Shown here piece by piece: positions 9,099 to 20,496 of a stretch of DNA of 28,163 nt. Every line of letters begins with the position of its first letter. The stretch's first letter is position 1. A program made the position numbers and the translations under genes. Below the pieces are notes generated by a model that was not told the DNA's origin, ran no database searches, and was given only the letters and a program-made list of their open reading frames with translations. Source of the stretch: an uncultured Phycisphaerales bacterium (GTDB taxonomy: Bacteria > Planctomycetota > Phycisphaerae > Sedimentisphaerales > Anaerobacaceae); contig CALMMH010000636.1 in assembly GCA_937868145.1 (NCBI GenBank), forward strand, positions 1 to 28,163. Reading direction: 5' to 3'.

Positions 9099-10493
9099 TC
9101 AATCGATGTTGTTCTGACCGGTAAGACTGTAAATCTTGTCGCCCCATTGAAAATCGGTCTCCTCGATCGTGAGGTAGACGCTCTTGGACTCGACGTGGCC
9201 GTCGAGATAGAAAAAGCTGCTCGCCTTGAGATTCTTGCGGGTGGTCAGTCCCCCGTGATTGCGTCCGACCCAATCTAACCGCGGCGGGAAACGCCGTGAT
9301 CCGCTCGGGACGTTGGACAGGTCTTCCGGCGCAACTCGCCTGTAGTTGCCGGTCGACAGGCAGGGACGTTCGGTATCCACCGCGGTCATATTCAGATCGT
9401 ATCGGTCCGGCCCGACCATCAGCCCAAGGCTTCGAAAGCCATGCACCGGCAGATAGCTGCACGACAGAGTCAAATCAGGACCGGAGACAATCCGCCAATC
9501 CGCGGGCCACTCCGTCAGAAGGATCGTTCCCTGCTGGCGGTTGACTCGCGAGAGCTGGACGAGCCGAGACGGCTTCTGCGCGTCCTCGAATCCCGTCTTG
9601 AACCGGTTCCTGGGACACAGGACTTCGTTGACGGTAAAAGCGCAGCGTTTCGCCTGTTGATCGACGATTCCTGGAAGCCCCATGGCCTGCCCGGTGTCGA
9701 GATTCGATTCCTCGGTGTTCCGCGGCACGAGGCCCCCCTCCGGAATCTCGGGACAGTGCAGAGCGTCCTCCGTCGTGTATCGCGAACCGAGCAACAACCC
9801 CGACCAATGACGGATTCCATGGATAGGCTCTCGCGGCTGCGCGTTCAGGCCGGCTTCGGGAACGTACGTGTACGCCGGCGGCAGATACCCATTCTGGGAA
9901 TCGCAGTAGGCCAGGAATGCCAGGCCGGCCGAACGCAGGTTGCTCCGGCACACCAGGGCCCGTGCGGTCTTGCGGACCTGGCCGAGAACCGGCAGCAGAA
10001 TTCCCGTCAGCACTGCGATGACCGCCAGAACCGTCAGGAGTTCGGCCAGGGTGAACCCTTCGTCGCTCGGCCCGCAGCCGCAACCCTCCGTCGGGTAGTA
10101 GACGCTCAGGTCGCCGCCGCCGTAGACGGCGTCGAGGATCGGTGCGATGGGCCCTTCGACGATCGCGACCTCGATCCCGGCGGCCTGCAGAGCCTGCACC
10201 GGGCTGACCCCGGCCGCCGCGGCGAGCAGGGTCCGGCAGTCCGACAAGAGATCGGCAAGCTGTCGCCAACGTTGGACGCCGCCGCCCCGAGGCGGAGCCT
10301 GTCGGATCTCGATCAATTCGTACCCGTTTCCCTTTGGGCCAAAGATCCACAGGCCCCCTGCGTGGCCCAGGTGTTCGTTGACACATCGCCCCTCCAGGCT
10401 GGCCACCGCCACGTAGGACCTGTCCTGCATCGCAGGCGCGCGGGTGGTGTCATCGGCAGGAGAGTTCAGATCTCGATCCATGGGTCTTCTCAC
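9099..10493 (-). CDS. Fusion of a NifB C-terminal/NifX-like cofactor-binding domain and a prepilin-type N-methylation protein with a DGHV C-terminal motif
   Basis: N-terminal YVAVASLEGRCVNEHLGHA...RWRQLADLLSDCRTLL...EGPI followed by GCGCG. Then G146|F147-TLAELLTVLAVIAVLTGILLP...ARALVCRSNL and C-terminal NH...FFYLDGHV. Single uninterrupted frame. The start is GTG 10493 or ATG 10481. Confidence 0.8.
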   Translation of the reverse strand: MRRPMDRDLNSPADDTTRAPAMQDRSYVAVASLEGRCVNEHLGHAGGLWIFGPKGNGYELIEIRQAPPRGGGVQRWRQLADLLSDCRTLLAAAAGVSPVQALQAAGIEVAIVEGPIAPILDAVYGGGDLSVYYPTEGCGCGPSDEGFTLAELLTVLAVIAVLTGILLPVLGQVRKTARALVCRSNLRSAGLAFLAYCDSQNGYLPPAYTYVPEAGLNAQPREPIHGIRHWSGLLLGSRYTTEDALHCPEIPEGGLVPRNTEESNLDTGQAMGLPGIVDQQAKRCAFTVNEVLCPRNRFKTGFEDAQKPSRLVQLSRVNRQQGTILLTEWPADWRIVSGPDLTLSCSYLPVHGFRSLGLMVGPDRYDLNMTAVDTERPCLSTGNYRRVAPEDLSNVPSGSRRFPPRLDWVGRNHGGLTTRKNLKASSFFYLDGHVESKSVYLTIEETDFQWGDKIYSLTGQNNID

Positions 10494-10500
10494 ACATCCG

Positions 10501-11883
10501 TTACATCACCAATTCGAAACTCTCCTCGGGGCTCTCGCGATCCTCCCGCGAAAGGACCGCGTCGAGGATCTTCTCCAACAGACGCATCGCCCCGGCGTAT
10601 CCTACGGTCGGGAAGTACGAGTGCCCGATCCGGTCGAGGATGGGGAACCCGTGGCGGATCAGCGGAATGCCGTCGTCGCGGGAGATGTACTTGCCGTAGG
10701 TGTTGCCGATCAGCAGGTCCACGGGCTCATTCTTGATCCATTGGTGCATCAGGAACATGTCGGCGCCGGGGCCTTGCCGGACCTTCGCTTCCGGCACGCG
10801 CCCGTCCAGTGCCTTGTCGATGCGTTTGAGGAACTTCTTGCCGGGAGTGCCGGTGACGATGTACACCGGGCGCATGTCCAGATCCACCAGGAACTCCGTG
10901 AGCGAAACCAGTTGGTCGGGGTCGCCCCAGAGGGCGACGCGCCTGCCGCTGAAATACTGGTGCATATCCGTGACGATGTCCACGACGCGGCCCCGCTCAT
11001 CCTCGACGTACTGGGGAACCGTGACGTTCGTCGTGCGCCGCAAGGCGTCGACGAACCGGTCCGTCGCGGACAAGCCGATCGGCAGATCCAGGATCTCGCA
11101 GGGCACGCCGCACTTGGTGTCCAGGGCGCGGGCCGCCGCGGACGACGCGGTGTGGCCCAGCGCCAGCGTGGCCATCGCCGACCCGGTTTGCTTGAGTTCG
11201 CCGACCGTGACGCCCCCTTTCGGATAGAATTCGTATTCGCCCGTCTGGGGAGCGTCCAGCACGTCGCTGGTGTCGGGGAAGACAGTCGCCTCGACGCCCA
11301 TCTGCCAGCAGAGACGCTTGATTTCCCGCATGTCCGACGGCTCGACCCAACCGGGAATGATGTTCACAGCCTGCGTCTTGGCCGCCGACGGCTCGGCCAG
11401 GTAATCGACCATCGCCCGGACCATGGTGGAGAACCCCGTCACGTGCGAGCCGGCGTAGCTGGGCGTGTTCGCGTGGATCACGTATTTTCCCGCCGGAATG
11501 AGGCCCTTTTCGCGGGCTTTGTCCGCAATCTGGGGAATGTCGTCCCCGATGGTCTCGGACAGGCAGGTCGTGTGGACCGCGACGACATCCGGATCGTAGA
11601 CGGTGAACAGATTGTCCAGCGCCTGGAGCAGGTTCGACTGGCCGCCGAAGACGGAGGAGCCCTCGGTGAAAGAACTGGTCCCGGCCATGACCGGCTCCTT
11701 GTAGTGCCGCGTCAGCGTGCTGCGATGGTAAGCGCAACAGCCCTGGGAACCGTGGCTGTGCGGCAGACACCGGTGGATGCCCAAGGCCGCGTACATGGCC
11801 CCGATCGGCTGGCACGTCTTGGCCGGGTTGACCGTCAGAGCGTTTCGTTCGACGACATTCGTGGATGTATGTCTAAGCAGCAT
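10501..11883 (-). CDS. nifK: Nitrogenase MoFe protein beta chain (short, group II type)
   Basis: P-cluster cysteines in TCQPIG, HGSQGCC and TTCLSETIGDD. SD GAGGAA/AGGAA precedes the ATG at 11883. Confidence 0.95.
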   Translation of the reverse strand: MLLRHTSTNVVERNALTVNPAKTCQPIGAMYAALGIHRCLPHSHGSQGCCAYHRSTLTRHYKEPVMAGTSSFTEGSSVFGGQSNLLQALDNLFTVYDPDVVAVHTTCLSETIGDDIPQIADKAREKGLIPAGKYVIHANTPSYAGSHVTGFSTMVRAMVDYLAEPSAAKTQAVNIIPGWVEPSDMREIKRLCWQMGVEATVFPDTSDVLDAPQTGEYEFYPKGGVTVGELKQTGSAMATLALGHTASSAAARALDTKCGVPCEILDLPIGLSATDRFVDALRRTTNVTVPQYVEDERGRVVDIVTDMHQYFSGRRVALWGDPDQLVSLTEFLVDLDMRPVYIVTGTPGKKFLKRIDKALDGRVPEAKVRQGPGADMFLMHQWIKNEPVDLLIGNTYGKYISRDDGIPLIRHGFPILDRIGHSYFPTVGYAGAMRLLEKILDAVLSREDRESPEESFELVM

Positions 11884-11899
11884 GTTCCTGATTCCTCGG

Positions 11900-13537
11900 T
11901 TACGAATTGCACACCAGTTCCGCATCGAGCGTGGGCTTGCCCTGTGTGTTCCAGGGCGCCTTCACGAGCGACCAGATCCTGGCATGGATCATCCGATCGA
12001 TGGTTCGGTAGAAAGTGACCGCGCCGCGGAAAGCGGCGAACGGGCCGCCGTAGTCGTAGCTGTGCAGTTGCAGCATGGGGACGCCGCTCTTCTGGACGGA
12101 GTACTTCTCCTTGATGCCGGCGCAGAAGATCGCGGGCTTGAAGATCGCCAGGAGCTTCTCCGTCTCGGCCTGGCTGATGTTGTCGATCACGAGTGTCCCG
12201 CTGTCCATGGCGGCCATCATGCCTTCGTACTCCTTCGGCGCGACGCCCTGGACCGCCAGTTCGGCGAGCTGCTCGGGACTCCTTCGCGGACGATACTCCT
12301 GCGGATCGGCCTCGACAGTCAGTTCCTCGATGTTGCGGCTGTCGGCGTCGACCTTGATCGTCGACAACACCCGGCGGCCTTCGTAGTCGTCGCGGTGACC
12401 GAACTCATAACCGGCCGCGACCGTCTTCATCCCAATCTCCGCCAAGAGATCCTGGTAATGATGGGCCCGCGAGCCGCCGACGAAGAGCATCGCCAGCTTG
12501 CCCTCGCAGCGGGCGCGAATCTCCGCCTGCGCCGCCAGGACGTTCACCATCTCCTCCGCAATGACTTTCTCCACCCGCTCGGTCAGGGCCGCGTCGTCGA
12601 AGTACCGGGCGATTTTCCGCAGCGACTTGGCGGTCGCTTCGGCGCCGAGGAAGTTCACCTTGATCCACGGAATGCCATACTTCTTCTCGATCATATCGGC
12701 CACATAGTTGATCGAGCGGTGGCACATCACGCAGTTGAGGTCCGCGTGATGGGCGTTCTCGAAATCTTCGTAGGTCGAATTCCCACTGAATGTGGAGACC
12801 AGGTGAATGCCGCAGCGTTTGAACAAATCGTCGATCAGGAATGCGTCGCCGCCGATGTTGTATTCGCCCAGCATGTTGATCTTGAACTCGGCCTCGGGCG
12901 GCTTCTGGCCCCGGCCGATCACATGCTTGAACAACTGGTTGTTGGCGATGTGGTGGCCCGCCGACTGGCTCACGCCCTTGTAGCCTTCACAACTGAAGCC
13001 GAAGATGTTGATGCCCAGCTTTTCGGACATCTTCCAGGCCACGCTGTGGATGTCGTCGCCGATCAGGCCGACGGGACAGGTGGCAAAAATACCGATGGCC
13101 TTGGGCTTGAACAGGGTGTAGGCCTCCTGGATCGCCTCGGCCAGTTTCTTCTCTCCGCCAAAGATGATCTCGTTTTCCTGCATGTCCGTGGAGAAACAGT
13201 AGGTCATGAAATTCTGATCGTCGTCGGATTCCGGCCTCGTCTGATTGCGGCGGGTCAGCCATGAGTAGAACCCGCAGCCGATGGGCCCGTGCGTCAGGTT
13301 CAGGATGTCCCGCGTCGGACCCAGCACGACGCCCTTGCAGCCGGCGTAGGTGCAGCCCCGCTGGGTGATGATCCCCGGCATCGTCCGCGTGTTGGCCACG
13401 ATCTCGGGAACCGCGTCGCAGCCTTCTTTCTCGTTGACGACGATCTGCTGGGTCCTCTTGCGCGCCACTTTCGCCGGGTATCCCTTGAGCAGTTGGTCCT
13501 TGACTGTATGCATATCGGTTTGTCGTGAAGACGACAT
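11900..13537 (-). CDS. nifD: Nitrogenase MoFe protein alpha chain (group II, with insertion)
   Basis: RGCTYAGCKGVV, HGPIGC, TCPVGLIGDD, GVSQSAGHH, VMCHRS, VGGSRAHH, YEFGHRDDYEG and LHSYDYGGP. Carries the group II insertion after HRDDYEG. Confidence 0.96.
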   Translation of the reverse strand: MSSSRQTDMHTVKDQLLKGYPAKVARKRTQQIVVNEKEGCDAVPEIVANTRTMPGIITQRGCTYAGCKGVVLGPTRDILNLTHGPIGCGFYSWLTRRNQTRPESDDDQNFMTYCFSTDMQENEIIFGGEKKLAEAIQEAYTLFKPKAIGIFATCPVGLIGDDIHSVAWKMSEKLGINIFGFSCEGYKGVSQSAGHHIANNQLFKHVIGRGQKPPEAEFKINMLGEYNIGGDAFLIDDLFKRCGIHLVSTFSGNSTYEDFENAHHADLNCVMCHRSINYVADMIEKKYGIPWIKVNFLGAEATAKSLRKIARYFDDAALTERVEKVIAEEMVNVLAAQAEIRARCEGKLAMLFVGGSRAHHYQDLLAEIGMKTVAAGYEFGHRDDYEGRRVLSTIKVDADSRNIEELTVEADPQEYRPRRSPEQLAELAVQGVAPKEYEGMMAAMDSGTLVIDNISQAETEKLLAIFKPAIFCAGIKEKYSVQKSGVPMLQLHSYDYGGPFAAFRGAVTFYRTIDRMIHARIWSLVKAPWNTQGKPTLDAELVCNS

Positions 13538-13597
13538 GATGTCACCTCCGATCCGTGATCGGTCTTGAAGAATCTTTCCTCGGCGGATGCGATCGCT

Positions 13598-13996
13598 CTA
13601 TTGGGCGACGATTGGATCCTGGTCGGCCACGGCGGCGTCGCCCGTTTCGCCCGTGCGGACGCGGATCGCGTCGGTCACCGGGCCCACGAAGATCTTGCCG
13701 TCGCCGGGCGAGCCGGTCTTGTTGACCCGGATGATCGTGCGGACCACGAGGTCCACCTTGTCGTTGGGGGTCACGATGGTCAGCATCCGCTTGGGGATCA
13801 TCTTGGGGCCGGAACCGAGCTGATTGATCGCTTCGTCGTGGCCTTCCTGGGCGCCCTGGAGCAACAGGAAATCGACCTTGCCCTTGCCCCGGCCGACCAC
13901 CTTCCTGGCGGTGAGCGAGGAGACGCCGGCGTCGGCCAGCGCCCGTTTGGTTTCGTTCATCTTGTTCATGCGAATGATCGCGAGAATCTCTTTCAT
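13598..13996 (-). CDS. nifI2: P-II family nitrogenase regulator NifI2
   Basis: MKEILAIIRMNK, GRGKG and GDGKIFV. Lies between nifH and nifD. Confidence 0.88.
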   Translation of the reverse strand: MKEILAIIRMNKMNETKRALADAGVSSLTARKVVGRGKGKVDFLLLQGAQEGHDEAINQLGSGPKMIPKRMLTIVTPNDKVDLVVRTIIRVNKTGSPGDGKIFVGPVTDAIRVRTGETGDAAVADQDPIVAQ

Positions 13997-14013
13997 GGCG
14001 GCACCGTCCGATG

Positions 14014-15011
<998 letters not shown>

Positions 15012-15073
15012 CTACATTTCTCCTGGAAACCAAACCTGTGAGCGTCATGTCTTTTCGACATCACGGATACCTT

Positions 15074-15090
15074 ATGCAACCCTCGTGCCA
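15074..15090 (-). promoter_or_regulatory. Sigma54 -24/-12 promoter of the nifH operon
   Basis: TGGCACGAGGGTTGCAT on the minus strand (GG-N10-GC), 63 nt upstream of the nifH ATG. Confidence 0.9.
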
Positions 15091-15219
15091 GACTGCGTTC
15101 GCATCGAGACTTCCCGCGTGACAATGACGCCGGGGCCCGCAAATCAGGCAGGATTGCGAATCGAGCGGCCCAGCAGTCGCTCGCCTGCCATGCGAGCGGG
15201 AGGTTCCTCTCGGAAAAAA

Positions 15220-15238
15220 TTGTCGCTCGCGCGGACAA
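15220..15238. promoter_or_regulatory. Candidate NifA upstream activator site (TGT-N11-ACA variant)
   Basis: Inverted repeat TTGTC-N9-GACAA, about 130 bp upstream of the -24 element. The canonical site is TGT-N10-ACA, so the spacing is off by one. Confidence 0.4.
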
Positions 15239-15392
15239 CATCCCGGGCACAGTCCCTCGGCAACCGCGAAATACGCTTCCGCAACGATCTTGTGACGAAT
15301 CTGTCGCGCCGGCGGGACCTTGTGACAATTCTGTAACAAAGCGGAGTGACTGGCCCAATGAGGACGGACGTGAGAATGACCGACGGGCGGAG

Positions 15393-16976
<1,584 letters not shown>

Positions 16977-17175
16977 ACAATTCTGTAGACCGCCTCTCGT
17001 ATGCCCACATTTTCGTAACCCGCCTCCAAAGAGCAACACGCGGGCCTATGCCCCCCGAGCGATACGAAACGCACGAATTCGCTTCTCAGGCAGCGAAAAT
17101 CTACGATTGGGACCCTGCATGACTGCCTCTTGGGGCCGATCGCCGGCAGGTCTTCCCCGCCATAGAACAGGACAG

Positions 17176-17191
17176 TGCAACTTCCATGCCA
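17176..17191 (-). promoter_or_regulatory. Sigma54 -24/-12 promoter upstream of nifA
   Basis: TGGCATGGAAGTTGCA on the minus strand (GG-N10-GC), 200 nt upstream of the nifA ATG. Confidence 0.7.
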
Positions 17192-17375
17192 ACTGTCTCA
17201 CACACACGCGGTTCGTTCGAACCCGTGAAACGCCGGTCGATGACGCTTACAAACCGACCTACAAAGAACGTACAGAAACGGCTTACTCGGATGGTGCGTG
17301 TGCGGCTGCAATTGGCACGGGACTGATTCCCTCAGAGGCTGGTGTAGACCGGGCTGCGGATGGCGGTAAGCCCAT

Positions 17376-17415
17376 AAAAAAAAGAGCACTTAGGCAACGA
17401 TTGTCACCTAAGTGC
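17376..17415 (-). terminator. Intrinsic terminator after tRNA-Ser
   Basis: GCACTTAGG/CCTAAGTGC stem followed by TC and an 8-T run on the minus strand. Confidence 0.75.
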
Positions 17416-17426
17416 GTTTGGAACAA

Positions 17427-17516
17427 CGGAGAGGTCGGGATTCGAACCCGAGGTAGGGGTTTACCCCCTACAACGGTTTAGCAAACCGTCGCCTTAAGCC
17501 GCTCGGCCACCTCTCC
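17427..17516 (-). tRNA. tRNA-Ser(GCT)
   Basis: GGAGAGG/CCTCTCC acceptor stem, TGGCCGAGCGG D-arm, ACGGT-TTGCTAA-ACCGT anticodon arm, long variable arm and GGTTCGAATCC T-arm. CCA is not encoded. Confidence 0.96.
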
Positions 17517-17695
17517 AAAGTATTCACTTGTAACAACTTACGTCAGAACCAAGCAGTCCGCCCGGATGCGACGTGCCCCAGCCGGCAAAGGCTAAAGCTT
17601 CTAAAGTTTACACCGAACCTGCCGGCTGTACAAGAAAATTTGTGGGAAGTTCCACCGGCGCGGTTCGGTACGCACTTGTTCAACCGTACGGGCGG

Positions 17696-20491
17696 TCATT
17701 TTGCATTCCGCGTCACAACACCAACCTGCGGCATCGCGACAGTGAATTCCACCTTTTCCTGCTCCTGGCCGAAGTAGCCACCCCACCCGATTCGAATGTC
17801 GCTCACACGTCGCAGGTCCAGGACGCCGTCGGCGTCTTTCGACCAGCCCGCGAGCTGGAAACGGCTCATGGCGACGAAGCTGCGTTCACCGCCCGAGGCG
17901 GCCAGCGAACGGCCGGTCTCCGCAAGAAAGTCGCCGCCATCCTGCTCGTGGAGGATCACCAGGATCTGGTTCGGCGTGGATTGGCCGTCGGGCACCCAGG
18001 TTTCGAAGGCGAGGCAATCGGCATCGCTCAAATCCAGCGGTTGAGCATAGTGGAACAACGTGAAGAGGTGGGTATCCACCTTGGCCTTGGTCAAGACCGC
18101 GGCGGCCCGCCAGATCGTGGAATCGGCGTCGGAACCGGCGACCTTCGTAAGCTCGGCTTGGACGAACTCGCCATGGCCCATCGTCGGCTCCACGGTCGGA
18201 ATCGCACGCAAGGCAAGGTTCGGCAGTGCCCCGCCGGAAAGGCTTCGCCGCTGGGGCGGTTTCGCCGAGACGAAGCGGAAGAAGGCGGCGCCGTACGGTT
18301 CGAGGCTCAACTGGCCACCATTGCCGGTCAGGGTCTCTTCCATTTTGCCCGTGGCGGGATTCCAGCGTTCTCCGGTCCCCGCCGCAGCGAACTCCACACG
18401 GCCCGTCCACGGCTTGACGCTGTCGTTGATGACAAAGTAGACTTCGCGGTCCTCAAGACGCCTGTGCGTGACACGCAGCGGCGACTTCGCCTCGGCCACT
18501 TTCACGTCGGACTCCAACAAACCGTTGAGGACCAGAGGCAGCAGACTCTCCAAACCATAGGGCAAGAAGACGCCGATGCCGCCTGCGGCGTTCGAGTGGG
18601 ACTGCGGCTCGCGCGTGGACGCCTGCCCCGCTCGGCCGGCCCCGAAAATCTCTTTCGCGAGGGACTGAACGCGCGAGGACGGAAACTCGCTTTCGCTGTT
18701 GGTCGGGAGATCGCCTAACGCAATCACGGCGCCGCCCTGCCGAACAAACCGGGCAAGGTTCTCCCAAGCCGCCAGCGGCATGGTGTCGGCGCCCGGCAGA
18801 ACGACAACACGCCAACGAAGCCGGCCGTGACCCAGCGTGGACGGCTCGGCCGCAGCATCTTCAAGCAAGCGGCTGTCCACAAACGTGAAATCTCGCTGAG
18901 AGTTGAACAGGCTGTCCGCGGCGGCCCGGTAGAGGCTCTCGATTCGCGACGCCGCGGCGGCCTCTCTCGCCCAGTGACGAGAAGGGACGAATCGGGTCCA
19001 GAGGCTTTCCGAAGGATAGAGCACGGCTATATCGGCAACTTGATGCCCGCCGCGCAATGCCGTGCAGCAGCGGCCTACCCACTCGTTGATGCGGCGAAGC
19101 TGCTCGTCGGACAGATCGGCGAAGCTGTAGTAGCTCGTGATGCAGTTGATGCCCGCAACGATCTGGCGGTTGCAGGTCCCGCGGATCTCGGCCTCGGTCA
19201 CCGTGATCCTGGGCCGCTGGTCGCCGGTGGGCCGGTATCGCTGGCTGTGGTCGGAGGTCTCGCTCATGACGAGCGGCCGGCCTTCAAGTTCGGCGGCGCT
19301 GCTCAACAGGCGGGCGATGTACCACGGCACCTCCTGCGGCAGGCTGGTCAGGCAGTCGATGCTCGGCGCGTCGAGCCGCCGGATGCAGCGGAAGAAATCG
19401 CCATAGAGCGGGACGTGCCCGACGATCCCCTCTTCCGCCAGCAGGTGCCCGCCGGACGGGACGCCACACCGGCGGCAGTAATCCTGGATCTGGCCGAAGT
19501 AGTTCTCGGAAACGAGTTCCCCCACCGTCAGCCAGAAGTCGTATCGAATCTTCTCTCCCGCCGGGCCCGCATCGGCCGCCAACGCCGGAAGAACCGAAGC
19601 GTCCAGTTCGTACCCCCGGCGGTTCTTGAACTCGGCCGCCATGGCCGGCATCCACGGCAGCGGCCGATACGGCATCGGACGCAGAAACAGGCTCATCAAC
19701 GACGGCTCGTCGGTGAATGTCGCCATGAAGTACTTGCCAAGGTCGTTCCCGAGACGCTTGACGTAGCCGCCGTAGGTCACGTCGACGAAGCGGGCCGTGG
19801 GCTCGGCCATGAGCAGATTGACATAGGGGATCTTCTCATGAAGATTCCCCTCGGCATGCGTGCCTTCGTAGAGGCGGTCCTCGGTGATCGCCATCACGCG
19901 CCAGCGGCCTGCGGGCGCGTTCCAGTCGAGCTTGCCGTCCTGAACCTGGGCCGCAAGATCGATCCTCTGCGTCATGTCGATGTCGCCGTCGCGGACCGGA
20001 AAGGCCCCTGCCAACACCAGTTTCCCCGGCGGAAGCTCCACCGTGACGGGGCCGCCCTGCGACTCCGCATCGGCCACGAGCAGGCCGCGAGCCTCCCATT
20101 CCGGGTGATCCCGCAGCGTGATGCCGCCGGCGTTGCCGGAGGGATAGCCCCGCTCATCGTACAACCACATCGCAAAGCCGGCCTTCTTCGCCTCCTCGAC
20201 GGCGCGGGTGAACGCGGCCCACTTGGCCTCGCTTTCGAGGTACTGATCGAAAGACACGTTGCAAACGACGCCGCCAAAACCCTGTCCGCCGAGCCTGTGG
20301 ATCAATCCATCCTGAGCCTCGGACTGGTCGGGCCAGTTGTGGATGATCTTCAGGATCCGGGCATCGGCCGGCGGTTGGGCGAACCGCTCCTCCCAGCCGG
20401 CGAACGTGACACCGCAAACGATCTGAAACACCACGGCACAGACGGCCAGACGCACACATGTCGTACGACACATCCAATCGAGAGATCTCAT
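17696..20491 (-). CDS. Secreted multidomain glycoside hydrolase-like protein (GH106-like catalytic region, GATase-like middle domain, CBM-like C-terminus)
   Basis: Signal peptide, WLYDERGYPSGNAGG, FTDEPS, GGHLLAEE, VVVLPGADTM...FVRQGGAVIA and a C-terminal DLRRVSDIRIG module. The start at ATG 20491 lies just after the upstream stop. Confidence 0.65.
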   Translation of the reverse strand: MRSLDWMCRTTCVRLAVCAVVFQIVCGVTFAGWEERFAQPPADARILKIIHNWPDQSEAQDGLIHRLGGQGFGGVVCNVSFDQYLESEAKWAAFTRAVEEAKKAGFAMWLYDERGYPSGNAGGITLRDHPEWEARGLLVADAESQGGPVTVELPPGKLVLAGAFPVRDGDIDMTQRIDLAAQVQDGKLDWNAPAGRWRVMAITEDRLYEGTHAEGNLHEKIPYVNLLMAEPTARFVDVTYGGYVKRLGNDLGKYFMATFTDEPSLMSLFLRPMPYRPLPWMPAMAAEFKNRRGYELDASVLPALAADAGPAGEKIRYDFWLTVGELVSENYFGQIQDYCRRCGVPSGGHLLAEEGIVGHVPLYGDFFRCIRRLDAPSIDCLTSLPQEVPWYIARLLSSAAELEGRPLVMSETSDHSQRYRPTGDQRPRITVTEAEIRGTCNRQIVAGINCITSYYSFADLSDEQLRRINEWVGRCCTALRGGHQVADIAVLYPSESLWTRFVPSRHWAREAAAASRIESLYRAAADSLFNSQRDFTFVDSRLLEDAAAEPSTLGHGRLRWRVVVLPGADTMPLAAWENLARFVRQGGAVIALGDLPTNSESEFPSSRVQSLAKEIFGAGRAGQASTREPQSHSNAAGGIGVFLPYGLESLLPLVLNGLLESDVKVAEAKSPLRVTHRRLEDREVYFVINDSVKPWTGRVEFAAAGTGERWNPATGKMEETLTGNGGQLSLEPYGAAFFRFVSAKPPQRRSLSGGALPNLALRAIPTVEPTMGHGEFVQAELTKVAGSDADSTIWRAAAVLTKAKVDTHLFTLFHYAQPLDLSDADCLAFETWVPDGQSTPNQILVILHEQDGGDFLAETGRSLAASGGERSFVAMSRFQLAGWSKDADGVLDLRRVSDIRIGWGGYFGQEQEKVEFTVAMPQVGVVTRNAK

Positions 20492-20496
20492 CTGTC

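Noticed and set aside
13545-13562. Hairpin touching the nifD Shine-Dalgarno
   Set aside because: Only a 6-bp stem with a 3-nt loop, which is expected by chance.
17248-17280. Three TACA-A repeats at 11-12 bp spacing upstream of the nifA promoter
   Set aside because: Cores are too short and the spacing too irregular to support a claim without comparative data.
17312-17328. Plus-strand TGGCAC resembling a sigma54 -24 element
   Set aside because: There is no GC at the -12 position and no plus-strand gene downstream.
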